Below are positions 18,699-27,168 of a DNA stretch of 64,000 nt, in pieces; within the stretch, counting starts at the first letter, position 1; each line of letters opens with the position of its first letter. The notes beneath the pieces were generated by a model, which worked only from the letters and a program-made list of their open reading frames with translations, had not been told where the DNA came from and did no database searches. Position numbers and translations under genes: made by a program. The stretch is from a virus: the IMG/VR virus record IMGVR_UViG_3300021478_000016, positions 64,001 through 128,000 of that record. One strand, given 5' to 3'.

Positions 18699-19373
18699 AT
18701 GAGCATCTTCGATGACGTCCTGAAGACGAAGACGGCAGACCCGGCGGACATGGCTCGGAAGAGCATGGGTTTCGCAGGCCATCTCGGTCAGTCCCTGGCG
18801 ACGGGGGCGGGTGCTGGCCTCGCCGGTGCCGCTATCGCTGGTGCCGGTGTCGCCGCCTCAAAGATCTACGACGCCATGACCAAGGCGCGTGACTTCCGAG
18901 CGATGCTCGGCTCGAGCTTCAACTCCGACCTCATGGACTACTACCGGCAGAAGCCGAAGCAGTTCAATGAGGCGTTCAGCTCCCTGCGTTCGGCCAACCC
19001 ATCGTTCAGCAAGGACCCGATGGTGGCCGGCAACTACATGCGGCGCATCATGGAGATGCGGCCGGAGTCCGCCGGCGGCGCCATCGTCGAGTCGCTGTCG
19101 CACCGCAAGGACGTTTCGGAGTCGCCGATCTTCGACGCCTTCACCCGCTCTGGCACCTCGGTCGCCGGCGGCGTGATGGGAGAGCTCAGCAAGCCGAAGA
19201 AGACGGACCTCAAGAGCCCCGAGGAGATGGAGCAGTTCCAAGCAATGGAGCGCTTCAAGTCCACCCTCCGTCAGCGCGCAGGCGGGGAGCAGGAAGGCCA
19301 CAAGCCTCGCTCGCGTCGCTCTCTCGGAGGCTCCGAGAGTTACGGAGGGACGCCGACTCCGGGCGCCGAGTGA
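18699..19373 (+). CDS. Virion protein with a short K-T-A leader and a glycine-zipper helix
   Basis: MSIFDDVLKTKTA|DP...GAGAGLAGAAIAGAGVAA. Confidence 0.65.
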   Translation: MSIFDDVLKTKTADPADMARKSMGFAGHLGQSLATGAGAGLAGAAIAGAGVAASKIYDAMTKARDFRAMLGSSFNSDLMDYYRQKPKQFNEAFSSLRSANPSFSKDPMVAGNYMRRIMEMRPESAGGAIVESLSHRKDVSESPIFDAFTRSGTSVAGGVMGELSKPKKTDLKSPEEMEQFQAMERFKSTLRQRAGGEQEGHKPRSRRSLGGSESYGGTPTPGAE

Positions 19374-21164
19374 ATGATCTACAAGGTCAGCTACTACCTC
19401 GGCAGTGACCCGAGAGGTCCTGCCGCCATCCCCCTCTTCACAGAGAAAACGGATGGGTACTTCGAGAAGGTGGCTGCACCCAAGCTTCTGCCCGATGTGG
19501 TGAAGTACATCGAGAACCTCAAGCCCCGCAGTGACGCGCAGTACGTGCTCGTCAACGCGATGGGTGCTGGGGAGTTCTGGGGATCGAACATCAACGGAGA
19601 CTACTTCCCCGAGACTGCGCTCATCCATCGACCGGACAACTGGACAGGCAATCCACTACTCGACAAGATCCGCTCGAAGGATTGGCCGTACGGCTACCCG
19701 ACCTTCTACAACGCGAAGCCCTTCCTCCACCACCGCAACAAGGACTACCCTCCGCACAACCACCCCTCGTTCGGAGAGATCGAGCTTGCAGCTTGGAATC
19801 CGAACATGAAGCGGGTGGAGTTGGTACACAGGATCGACAAGGACCTGTGTGCGAAGGGTGGTGGTCTGGGTCTCTGGGACAAGCTCAAGGCCGGTGACTA
19901 TCCGGACACGTCGATGGGTTGCAAGGTGCCTTTCGACACGTGCTCCATCTGCCTCGACGAGCAGCGCTACAGAGAGGCTCTCGCCACGTTCGAGCCGGGC
20001 AAGCACAAGAGCCCAGGCGAGGCGGTGCTGGTCATCCACGAGAAGAAGCCCATCCGCGGTGTCTCCAAGACGCGCAACGACTACTGCTCGCACGCGCGGG
20101 ACATGATGAACCGCATCTTGCCTGACGGCAGGAAGGTCTTCGTCACGAACGACTTCCCGAAGTTCTTCGACGATTCGTTCGTCTTCATCGGTGCGGACAA
20201 GACCGCCAAGATGATGATGAAGATCGCCGATGACGAGAACTTCACGCCCACCGCTCGTGCCTTCTACGGTGTGCCGTCGGGGACAGCTACGTACTCGCCC
20301 GAGCTCGACATGAACGGCGGGGTGGACTCGTCAACCAAGCCCGAGGCAGATGAGGACATGAAGGTGGGTGAGGCCCACGACTTCGAGGCGATCCGCCTGA
20401 TGTTCAAGGTCGCCGAGGCCAAGGGTGCAGAGATGGACAAGGAGGTTGTCCCCTCCCAGTTCGCTGGCAAGGCGATTCCAGTGCTCACGCAGAAGGAGTC
20501 GGACCTGCCCAAGAGTGTCATCGACGCACTCTCGACGCGCTCTCCGGAGGAGGCTCTCTCGACGACGACGGGCATGGGGATCGTGCTTCGTCCGCACGAG
20601 TTCCAGCGGATGATGCTCAAGACCCTGGGACAGCACTCGATGGCCGACGAGCTCGAGTCTGCGGGTCTGGTCTTTCCGAAGACCAAGGACGAGGCCCCCG
20701 TGAAGATGCACAGTTCTCTCTTCAGCGACGTGCTGGCAAAGCTGCTGATTCCCCTGCTTTCAGGCCGTTCTGCATTCGGCCCGTTCATCGAGCGGCGGTG
20801 CGTCATGATCGTTGCCGGACCGGGGGGTGAGCCAGAGAAGAGGGCTTCTTCCCTTACAACGCCCCTCCTGCGTAAGATAGGAGCTGCGTACAACGGGTAT
20901 CGCCGTCAGATGATGAACTTCATCACCGAATCGCAGAGCGTCCTCGCCCAGTCTTCGCTGGGTGATTCTTCGCTCTCGAAGCTTGCACACCACCCGGTGA
21001 ACGAGCTATTCACTCCTCTGACGGCCGCGTATCTCCGAGATGCCTTCATCGACGAGATGGGCGAGCTCTCAATCAAACAGGCTCACGCCGGCGTGGAGAG
21101 GGGATTCCCCTCGAGGAACACGCGAGACACCTCGAATCTAGTGGAGGATCTCCATGCCCGGTGA
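19374..21164 (+). CDS. Prohead maturation protease (HK97/assemblin-fold serine protease) with a Zn-binding insertion
   Basis: FLHH (His), DTSMGCKV (candidate catalytic Ser), CSIC...YCSH, and FFDDSFVFIGADKTA matching the E-x-S-x-V-x-x-P/G-A motif; lies upstream of the capsid gene. Confidence 0.8.
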   Translation: MIYKVSYYLGSDPRGPAAIPLFTEKTDGYFEKVAAPKLLPDVVKYIENLKPRSDAQYVLVNAMGAGEFWGSNINGDYFPETALIHRPDNWTGNPLLDKIRSKDWPYGYPTFYNAKPFLHHRNKDYPPHNHPSFGEIELAAWNPNMKRVELVHRIDKDLCAKGGGLGLWDKLKAGDYPDTSMGCKVPFDTCSICLDEQRYREALATFEPGKHKSPGEAVLVIHEKKPIRGVSKTRNDYCSHARDMMNRILPDGRKVFVTNDFPKFFDDSFVFIGADKTAKMMMKIADDENFTPTARAFYGVPSGTATYSPELDMNGGVDSSTKPEADEDMKVGEAHDFEAIRLMFKVAEAKGAEMDKEVVPSQFAGKAIPVLTQKESDLPKSVIDALSTRSPEEALSTTTGMGIVLRPHEFQRMMLKTLGQHSMADELESAGLVFPKTKDEAPVKMHSSLFSDVLAKLLIPLLSGRSAFGPFIERRCVMIVAGPGGEPEKRASSLTTPLLRKIGAAYNGYRRQMMNFITESQSVLAQSSLGDSSLSKLAHHPVNELFTPLTAAYLRDAFIDEMGELSIKQAHAGVERGFPSRNTRDTSNLVEDLHAR

Positions 21165-22041
21165 CATGAACGAGTTTCTGGCGGCAGCGTACGCCACGGC
21201 CCAGCCGGCACCCGTGCACACGGATGCGGCAGAGAAGGTCGCGCACGCAGAGCTGTTCGCCAAGCTGGCCGCAGAGAGCGGCCTGGACCTGACGCAGCTC
21301 ACGGACGAGCAGATCGCGGCTGCCTGGAACGAGTTCCGGACGCAGGTGACGACGAAGACGGCCGAGGCGGGTCAGCCTGCGGGCCAGACCAAGGCTGCGG
21401 GCGAGCACGGTCACGCGCACAAGCACGAGCACAAGGAAGCCGCGGCGAAGCGCGAGTTCGAGCAGACCAAGCAGGCGCAGGTCGAGTGGGAGCAGAAGAA
21501 CGCCGAGGCCGACTTCCTCGGTCGTCGGATGGCCCACGCCTACGTGGACGAGCTGAAGAAGATCGCCAGCGCAACGGGCAGCCTGCCCGGTCAGACGGCG
21601 CCGGCGGCAGCTCCCGGGGAGAGCAAGGAGGCAGCGATGCCCCCGTTCCTCCAGAAGCTCAAGGGCCACGCCGCGGCAGCGGCCGGCAAGGCGAAGGACA
21701 AGGGCAAGGACGCCGTCGAGACAGCCAAGAAGCACAAGGGTCACGCCGCCGCGGCAGCCGGTGGTGCGGCAGCCGGCGCGGCCGGCGGCTTCATGGCGGG
21801 CAAGAGCAAGAAGGCGTCGGCGCTCGACGAGCTCGCGGCCCTCAAGGCGGTCGAGAAGGTCGCCGAGGCGGGTCTCGATGCGAACGAGGCGGCCGAGAAG
21901 ATCGCCGCCATCTTCGGCAAGGGTGAGGTCAAGGACAGCGAGAAGATCGCGGGCGTCGAGGACTTCAACACGGCCCTCGAGGTCCGGTCTCTCGAGCTGC
22001 TCGAGCAGGTCGGCTACAAGGTCGAGTGGAAGCAGGCCTGA
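21154..22041 (+). CDS. Scaffold/internal head protein, K-x-A rich
   Basis: Ala/Lys/Glu-rich; EKVA, AKLA, TKTA, HKEA, KKIA, SKEA, EKIA; internal AAAAGGAAAGAAGG stretch. Confidence 0.65.
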   Translation: MPGDMNEFLAAAYATAQPAPVHTDAAEKVAHAELFAKLAAESGLDLTQLTDEQIAAAWNEFRTQVTTKTAEAGQPAGQTKAAGEHGHAHKHEHKEAAAKREFEQTKQAQVEWEQKNAEADFLGRRMAHAYVDELKKIASATGSLPGQTAPAAAPGESKEAAMPPFLQKLKGHAAAAAGKAKDKGKDAVETAKKHKGHAAAAAGGAAAGAAGGFMAGKSKKASALDELAALKAVEKVAEAGLDANEAAEKIAAIFGKGEVKDSEKIAGVEDFNTALEVRSLELLEQVGYKVEWKQA

Positions 22042-22063
22042 GAAGGGCGTAGGGTGAAGGACA

Positions 22064-23365
22064 GTGGTCGCCGGTCGTCTGAAGCTCGCTGAAGATCCGA
22101 CGGCCCCTGTCCGCGCCCAAGCTGCTGCCTCCTCGATCCCGCAGGTCACTCTTCCGACGCTTCCCGCTCCCGCAGGCAAGAAAGGTCCAGTAGGAACTTC
22201 ACCTCGAACGAATTACTCTCGAGTGAACACGGGTGCTCCGCTGGCGCCTGACGCCGGCGCGGCGGAACAAAAGAGCCTTCAACCAAAGTACGGGTCGATC
22301 ATGATGAACGGAACGAGCCAAGCACACACGCCGACCCTCCAGGACATGGTCAAGGCAGCCCAGACGGGTGCCCTCAGCCGGTCCCGCATCGCGACGGAGG
22401 CCCAGCGCCAGCTCGACAACGTCGGCGGAGAGAAGACCGCCGAGGAGATGTGCGAGAAGTGCAAGAAGCCGATGGAGCACTGCACGTGCAAGGCCGAGAA
22501 GAAGGGCTCTGCCTCGAAGGTCTCGACGGCGTACGCCACGAAGGCGGCGGAGGCTCTCGAGTATCTCGCGCACGAGCTCAAGACGGAGAAGAAGGCCGCT
22601 CCGAACGCGCCGCCTCCGCACATGACCGAGCGTACGGTGGGCCCCGGTGAGGGTCCTGGCGCGATCGAGGTCTCGCACGCGACGGCGAGCACGCCGTTGC
22701 CCGACCACAAGGGTCAGGGCCATCAGCAGCCGCCGATGAAGCCGGGTGGCGAGAAGGTCTTGAAGGGCGAGCACGGCGAGACGCAGATGGCCACGAACAT
22801 GGACCATCCGACGCACGGCACGACCCCGCAGAAGACGGTCGGCAAGACCGCTGCGGCGGAGCTCTACAAGGCGAACCTCACGAAGATGCTCGGCAAGGAG
22901 GCCGCGGAGAAGGTCGTTCAGACGAAGACCGCCGCTGCGGAGCTCTACAAGAAGAACTGCGAGCGCATGGGCATCAAGGTGGCCGAGGACGCCATCTTCC
23001 CGGCGCACATCACCGCGGGTCCGGCCGTGGCTCCCGAGACGAGCCAGGCAGGTCAGCCGGGTGGCGCGCCCGCCGGCGGGATGCCGCAGGGCCGCAAGGG
23101 GACCGACAGCAACCAGTCGTCGATCGACATCACCAAGGGCCAGGCGAAGTCCGACCCGAAGTCGGACCTCAAGAAGTGGTTCGACGAGCCGGCCCTCTCG
23201 GGGTCCACGGACTCGACGCTCAGCGCGGCCTTCGACAACACGGGTCGCGCCGGCACCAAGTACGCGAGCAAGGACGAGCAGGGCGACGAGAAGGTGGCGA
23301 CGGCAGCGGCTCGCGCGCTCCTCGAGAGTCTCCTCGAGAGCGTCAAGGGCCCCAAGGCAGCCTGA
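22064..23365 (+). CDS. Low-complexity internal head/scaffold protein, K-x-A rich
   Basis: LKLA, EKTA, KKAA, GKTA, GKEA, TKTA, IKVA, TKYA, EKVA; CEKC..CTC cluster; start uncertain (22064 GTG or ~22300 ATG). Confidence 0.65.
   Translation: MVAGRLKLAEDPTAPVRAQAAASSIPQVTLPTLPAPAGKKGPVGTSPRTNYSRVNTGAPLAPDAGAAEQKSLQPKYGSIMMNGTSQAHTPTLQDMVKAAQTGALSRSRIATEAQRQLDNVGGEKTAEEMCEKCKKPMEHCTCKAEKKGSASKVSTAYATKAAEALEYLAHELKTEKKAAPNAPPPHMTERTVGPGEGPGAIEVSHATASTPLPDHKGQGHQQPPMKPGGEKVLKGEHGETQMATNMDHPTHGTTPQKTVGKTAAAELYKANLTKMLGKEAAEKVVQTKTAAAELYKKNCERMGIKVAEDAIFPAHITAGPAVAPETSQAGQPGGAPAGGMPQGRKGTDSNQSSIDITKGQAKSDPKSDLKKWFDEPALSGSTDSTLSAAFDNTGRAGTKYASKDEQGDEKVATAAARALLESLLESVKGPKAA
22844..22951 (+). repeat. 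Intragenic direct repeat encoding KTAAAELYK twice
   Basis: aagaccgctgcggcggagctctacaag (22844-22870) and aagaccgccgctgcggagctctacaag (22925-22951). Confidence 0.8.
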
Positions 23366-23376
23366 AGGAGATGACC

Positions 23377-23733
23377 ATGTTGGAGAAGGTCGGACAGGAC
23401 AAGGCCGCCGAGGCGATGCTCGAGGCGGCGCAGGTGATTCGCGCAGTCACGGACGAGCGCGACCAGGCTCTCGCCAAGCTGGCTGCCATCGAGCAGCACA
23501 CGCGCTGCGAGAAGCTGGCCTCGGCCATGGCTGCGAAGAACCTGACCTCGGAGCCCCACGACTACGTGGTCAGCAACCTCGAGAAGATGGCTGCGCAGGG
23601 CAAGCTCGACGAGCTCGAGCGCGCTGTGGCCATGGTCGGTCCGGACATGGGCCAGAAGATCGCCCATCTTTCGAACGACGAGCACCACGCACAGGGCGGA
23701 ACGTCTCCTCTCGAGACGTACCTGCTCGGCTGA
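23377..23733 (+). CDS. Small helical scaffold-like protein
   Basis: AAGGAG SD; AKLA, EKLA, EKMA, QKIA; two genes upstream of the MCP. Confidence 0.7.
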   Translation: MLEKVGQDKAAEAMLEAAQVIRAVTDERDQALAKLAAIEQHTRCEKLASAMAAKNLTSEPHDYVVSNLEKMAAQGKLDELERAVAMVGPDMGQKIAHLSNDEHHAQGGTSPLETYLLG

Positions 23734-23763
23734 GAACCCAAGGTCAAGCAGGAGGAAGAGATC

Positions 23764-24288
23764 ATGTCGACGGTCCAGAGAGTCAACTTCACCCCGGTGT
23801 CGGACGTTCTCCCCATCACGCGGAGGGACTTCGCACTGGCCGACCCGACCCTGGCGAACCCCTTCAACGCCACCGCCCTGATCGACGGGGAGTGGGTCAC
23901 GCTGAACTCGAGCTACCAGATCCAGCGGCCGATGAGCATCTCGGCGGCCGGCAACGCGGCAACGGCTCGCAGCTTCCCCCTCTGGGCGGAGAAGGGTCGC
24001 TACGACGTCCAGGCCAACTCGGGTCGCAAGATGCCGGTCATCTGGCTCGGCGAGTCCGAGTGGGACACGCGCATCTTCGACGCGACGGCCGTCGTCGGTT
24101 CGGGTGCGGCCATCACGACCGTCCTCCAGCCGCTCAAGGTCGCTTCCGTCACCATCGGCGGCGTCATCTACTCGGGCCTCGTCGGCTCGGGCGGGTCGGC
24201 GGACAGCAACCCCATCGTCGGCTACGTCACCCGGCTGCCCGCCAACAACGGTGGTCAGCTTCGTTTCCGTACGGGCTACCGCCAGTAA
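23764..24288 (+). CDS. Probable capsid decoration/cement protein
   Basis: 174 aa, beta-rich, strong SD, directly upstream of the MCP. Confidence 0.6.
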   Translation: MSTVQRVNFTPVSDVLPITRRDFALADPTLANPFNATALIDGEWVTLNSSYQIQRPMSISAAGNAATARSFPLWAEKGRYDVQANSGRKMPVIWLGESEWDTRIFDATAVVGSGAAITTVLQPLKVASVTIGGVIYSGLVGSGGSADSNPIVGYVTRLPANNGGQLRFRTGYRQ

Positions 24289-24330
24289 GCGGGAGACCCA
24301 GGGCTGAACAGAAGGAGCAAGGAGAAAGCC

Positions 24331-25455
24331 ATGAGCGTCCCCGCGAGAGTCATGAACGACCTCTTCACGCAGAAGCTCGGCACTGCGGAAGGCAAGGAGA
24401 AGATCGCCGAGTACGGCGGCACATACGTGCGCGACCGTCTGCGTGAGGTGAGCTACGCGCGGAAGGTCATTCCGCCGCAGCAGGTCACTCGCGCGGACTG
24501 CCAGCGGTCGGTCAACCACGACACGCTGGTGAAGATCGTGGACGTCGAGCCGCAGAGCCGCGCGCTCACGCTCACGTTCCGTGGTCAGCCGACGGCCCGC
24601 TTCATCCGCGGTCCGAAGGCCGAGGTCGCCTTCTTCACCGTCTCCTCGGAGATGTTCCAGAAGACGGAGCAGGAGCTTCTCGCCTACGAGATGCCCATCA
24701 CCAAGATCATCGAGGACAACTCGGTGAAGGACATCCAGGAGATCGAGGACCGCGAGTTCACGATCAACATCGAGGCGGCGGTTCAGGCGCTCCAGCAGCA
24801 GGCCAACGGCGGCGCGGTGACGACGCTCAACGCGGCGTCCATCCATGCCGGCACGGTGGTCGAGTTCTCCGTCCGCAAGGGCGAGCTCGCGCGCAACTCG
24901 ACGCTCGCGGGCAGCGCCACCGTCCTGCCCATCCAGCGGCCGGACCTCGTGAACCTCTTCAAGCTGCTGGACGGCAACAGGCTGCGCTCCGAGCGCGTCC
25001 TGATGACGGAGGTCGACTGGGACGATCTGCTCCAGTGGACGGTCGAGGACTTCGGCGACCGGCTCCAGTCGGAGACGGCCGTGGACGGCTACAAGTACAA
25101 CACGCTGCTCGGCCGCGCGTACATCCGCACGGTCAAGACGGACATCCTCCGTCCGGGCAACGTGTACGTCTTCACCCGTCCGGAGTTCTTCGGGAAGTTC
25201 TACGTCCTGAACAACTCGAAGTTCTACATCGACAAGATCGCGAACATGATCACCTTCCAGGCATGGGAGGACATCGCGATCGGCATTCTCAACATCGCCG
25301 CCGTGCGCAAGCTCGAGCTCTACTCGGGCGACGCGACGACGAACAACGCGGACGGCATCCTCGCGTCCGTGATTCCCGTGACGGAGGACCAGCTCGGTGC
25401 GGTGAACAACCAGGTCGACGCCGGCCTCCAGTTCCCGCAGGTCCAGCAGTTCTGA
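24331..25455 (+). CDS. Major capsid protein (HK97 fold, inferred)
   Basis: 374 aa; strong SD; strongly biased codons; protease-scaffold-decoration-MCP gene order; followed by a hairpin; K24-I25-A26 candidate propeptide site. Confidence 0.8.
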   Translation: MSVPARVMNDLFTQKLGTAEGKEKIAEYGGTYVRDRLREVSYARKVIPPQQVTRADCQRSVNHDTLVKIVDVEPQSRALTLTFRGQPTARFIRGPKAEVAFFTVSSEMFQKTEQELLAYEMPITKIIEDNSVKDIQEIEDREFTINIEAAVQALQQQANGGAVTTLNAASIHAGTVVEFSVRKGELARNSTLAGSATVLPIQRPDLVNLFKLLDGNRLRSERVLMTEVDWDDLLQWTVEDFGDRLQSETAVDGYKYNTLLGRAYIRTVKTDILRPGNVYVFTRPEFFGKFYVLNNSKFYIDKIANMITFQAWEDIAIGILNIAAVRKLELYSGDATTNNADGILASVIPVTEDQLGAVNNQVDAGLQFPQVQQF

Positions 25456-25477
25456 GCATCCTCCCCCAAGCAGGGCC

Positions 25478-25522
25478 GAACGGGCGCCGGTTGCCGCATG
25501 GCGCCGACGCCCGTTCTGCTTT
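25478..25522 (+). terminator. Hairpin after the MCP (terminator or mRNA stabiliser)
   Basis: GAACGGGCG...CGCCCGTTC followed by TGCTTT. Confidence 0.55.
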
Positions 25523-25534
25523 GGAGGCCACGAC

Positions 25535-26143
25535 ATGTTCCAGATCCACAACGTTGCGCATCACCCGAAGACACGTCTCGTCCGGGCAGCGGCTCCGGTC
25601 CATGCTCGCCACAAGCAGTACATCCTGAAGACGCAGCGCCGGCTCATTCCGAACAGGCCCATCGCAGTCACGGAAGACGAGCTGACCGAGAACCTCGAGG
25701 AGCTCAAGGCGCTCGAAGCACGAGGCATCATCGAGTGCCGACTGGCCTCTGGTGAGCTCGTGGACCTGAAGACCTTCACGGTCACAGGGTCGCTGCCGGA
25801 CACCAGCAAGCCCAGGTTCCGGCAGGACAGTGCGCAGAACGACCCTCCTCGCGGCAAGAGTGCGGTCTTCACGTCCGACACCACCGAGGAGATCGCCGTG
25901 AAGGAGGGAGAGCACGCCGGCGGTGGCATGACCGAAGAGGCCATGGCGGAAGCTGCTCTGGAGCAGGGTCTTCCCCCTCTCCCCGAGGAGCTCCAGCATC
26001 TCGAAGACGAGCCGAAGCAGGCCTCAGCGCCCGTGCCCGAGGGCAACGCCTTCGGGGGTCCTTCACCGGAGGGTGTGGACGAGGACGAGCCGGAGCAGGA
26101 GCACAAGGAACAGCCGAAGGCCAAGAAGCGTCCCCGGAGGTAA
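25535..26143 (+). CDS. Hypothetical protein with an acidic disordered tail
   Basis: GGAGG SD; lies just after the MCP. Confidence 0.7.
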   Translation: MFQIHNVAHHPKTRLVRAAAPVHARHKQYILKTQRRLIPNRPIAVTEDELTENLEELKALEARGIIECRLASGELVDLKTFTVTGSLPDTSKPRFRQDSAQNDPPRGKSAVFTSDTTEEIAVKEGEHAGGGMTEEAMAEAALEQGLPPLPEELQHLEDEPKQASAPVPEGNAFGGPSPEGVDEDEPEQEHKEQPKAKKRPRR

Positions 26144-26146
26144 GCG

Positions 26147-26647
26147 GTGGCTCTCGAAGGCATCCCCCAGTCGACTCCGTGCATGCGCAGCTTCGTTGCG
26201 ACTGCGCGCGAGTACATGAGAGATCACCCCGAGTTGAACCGGTTGGTCCGAGGGGAGGAGTCCAGTGACCGGCAGATTGCCTGGGCGGTTCTGGATGCGC
26301 TCTCGAGCTTCAACGGCACGCCTCCTCTCACGGCCTACATCCTCGACGAGCTGCTCATGCGCAACCAACATCACCTGCTCTTGCGCATGACCATCATCGC
26401 TCTTCTCGAGAGCGTGGCGCTTCTCCAGGTCCGCAACCACATCAACTACTCGAACGGAGGCATCAACGTCGGCGTCAACGACAAGGCACCGATGATCCTC
26501 CAGTGGCTCCAGTACTACAAGGCCTACACGGAGCAGCTCAAGCTCCGGGTGAAGGTGGCGCTCAACATCGAGAGCATTCTGGGGCCCAGCAACAGCGGCG
26601 TTCACAGTGAGCTGTGGGCCGTCAACGCGACCTACGCTGCCTACTGA
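26147..26647 (+). CDS. Putative head-tail adaptor
   Basis: Helical 166-aa protein at the adaptor position. Confidence 0.5.
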   Translation: MALEGIPQSTPCMRSFVATAREYMRDHPELNRLVRGEESSDRQIAWAVLDALSSFNGTPPLTAYILDELLMRNQHHLLLRMTIIALLESVALLQVRNHINYSNGGINVGVNDKAPMILQWLQYYKAYTEQLKLRVKVALNIESILGPSNSGVHSELWAVNATYAAY

Positions 26648-26656
26648 GGTGGAGAG

Positions 26657-27160
26657 ATGCTCAAGGTCTACAAGTTTCGGGAGATGGATGAGATCATCGC
26701 TTTTCTCAGCGGTGCAGTCTTCGGCACGGACGTCTCGTTCTTCCGCCAGGCCATCGTCAACGGGTCAGCCGGGTACAAGGTGGCGCCCTCGCTCGTCGGG
26801 CTCACGTTCAAGACCAAGTCCCCCGGCCCAGCAGGTACCTGTACCTTCGTCGCCGGCGCTGATACGGCTGGAGGTCGTCTGACTCCCGCTGAGATCAAGA
26901 CGCAGATCGAGGCAGGCATCTCCGGTCTCAAGGTGACCTTCTTCGAGGGTCGCCTTGCTATCGCCGAGGCAACGCCCGCAAGCGGCGTGACGGTGGACCA
27001 CACCGGCACGTCGAACGTCGCACTCGGTTTCGACACGAACGCCGACGTCGTGGGCAAGTTCTTCAACTCGCCCTTCAGTGGAGCGCCTCCGACGACGCCG
27101 TACATGGTCCAGGCGTACTCGGTGAACGACAACATGCACGTGGTCTACACTTGGGAGTGA
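26657..27160 (+). CDS. Virion structural protein (beta-rich)
   Basis: SD, Thr/Gly/Val composition and operon context. Confidence 0.55.
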   Translation: MLKVYKFREMDEIIAFLSGAVFGTDVSFFRQAIVNGSAGYKVAPSLVGLTFKTKSPGPAGTCTFVAGADTAGGRLTPAEIKTQIEAGISGLKVTFFEGRLAIAEATPASGVTVDHTGTSNVALGFDTNADVVGKFFNSPFSGAPPTTPYMVQAYSVNDNMHVVYTWE

Positions 27161-27168
27161 GGCTCAAG

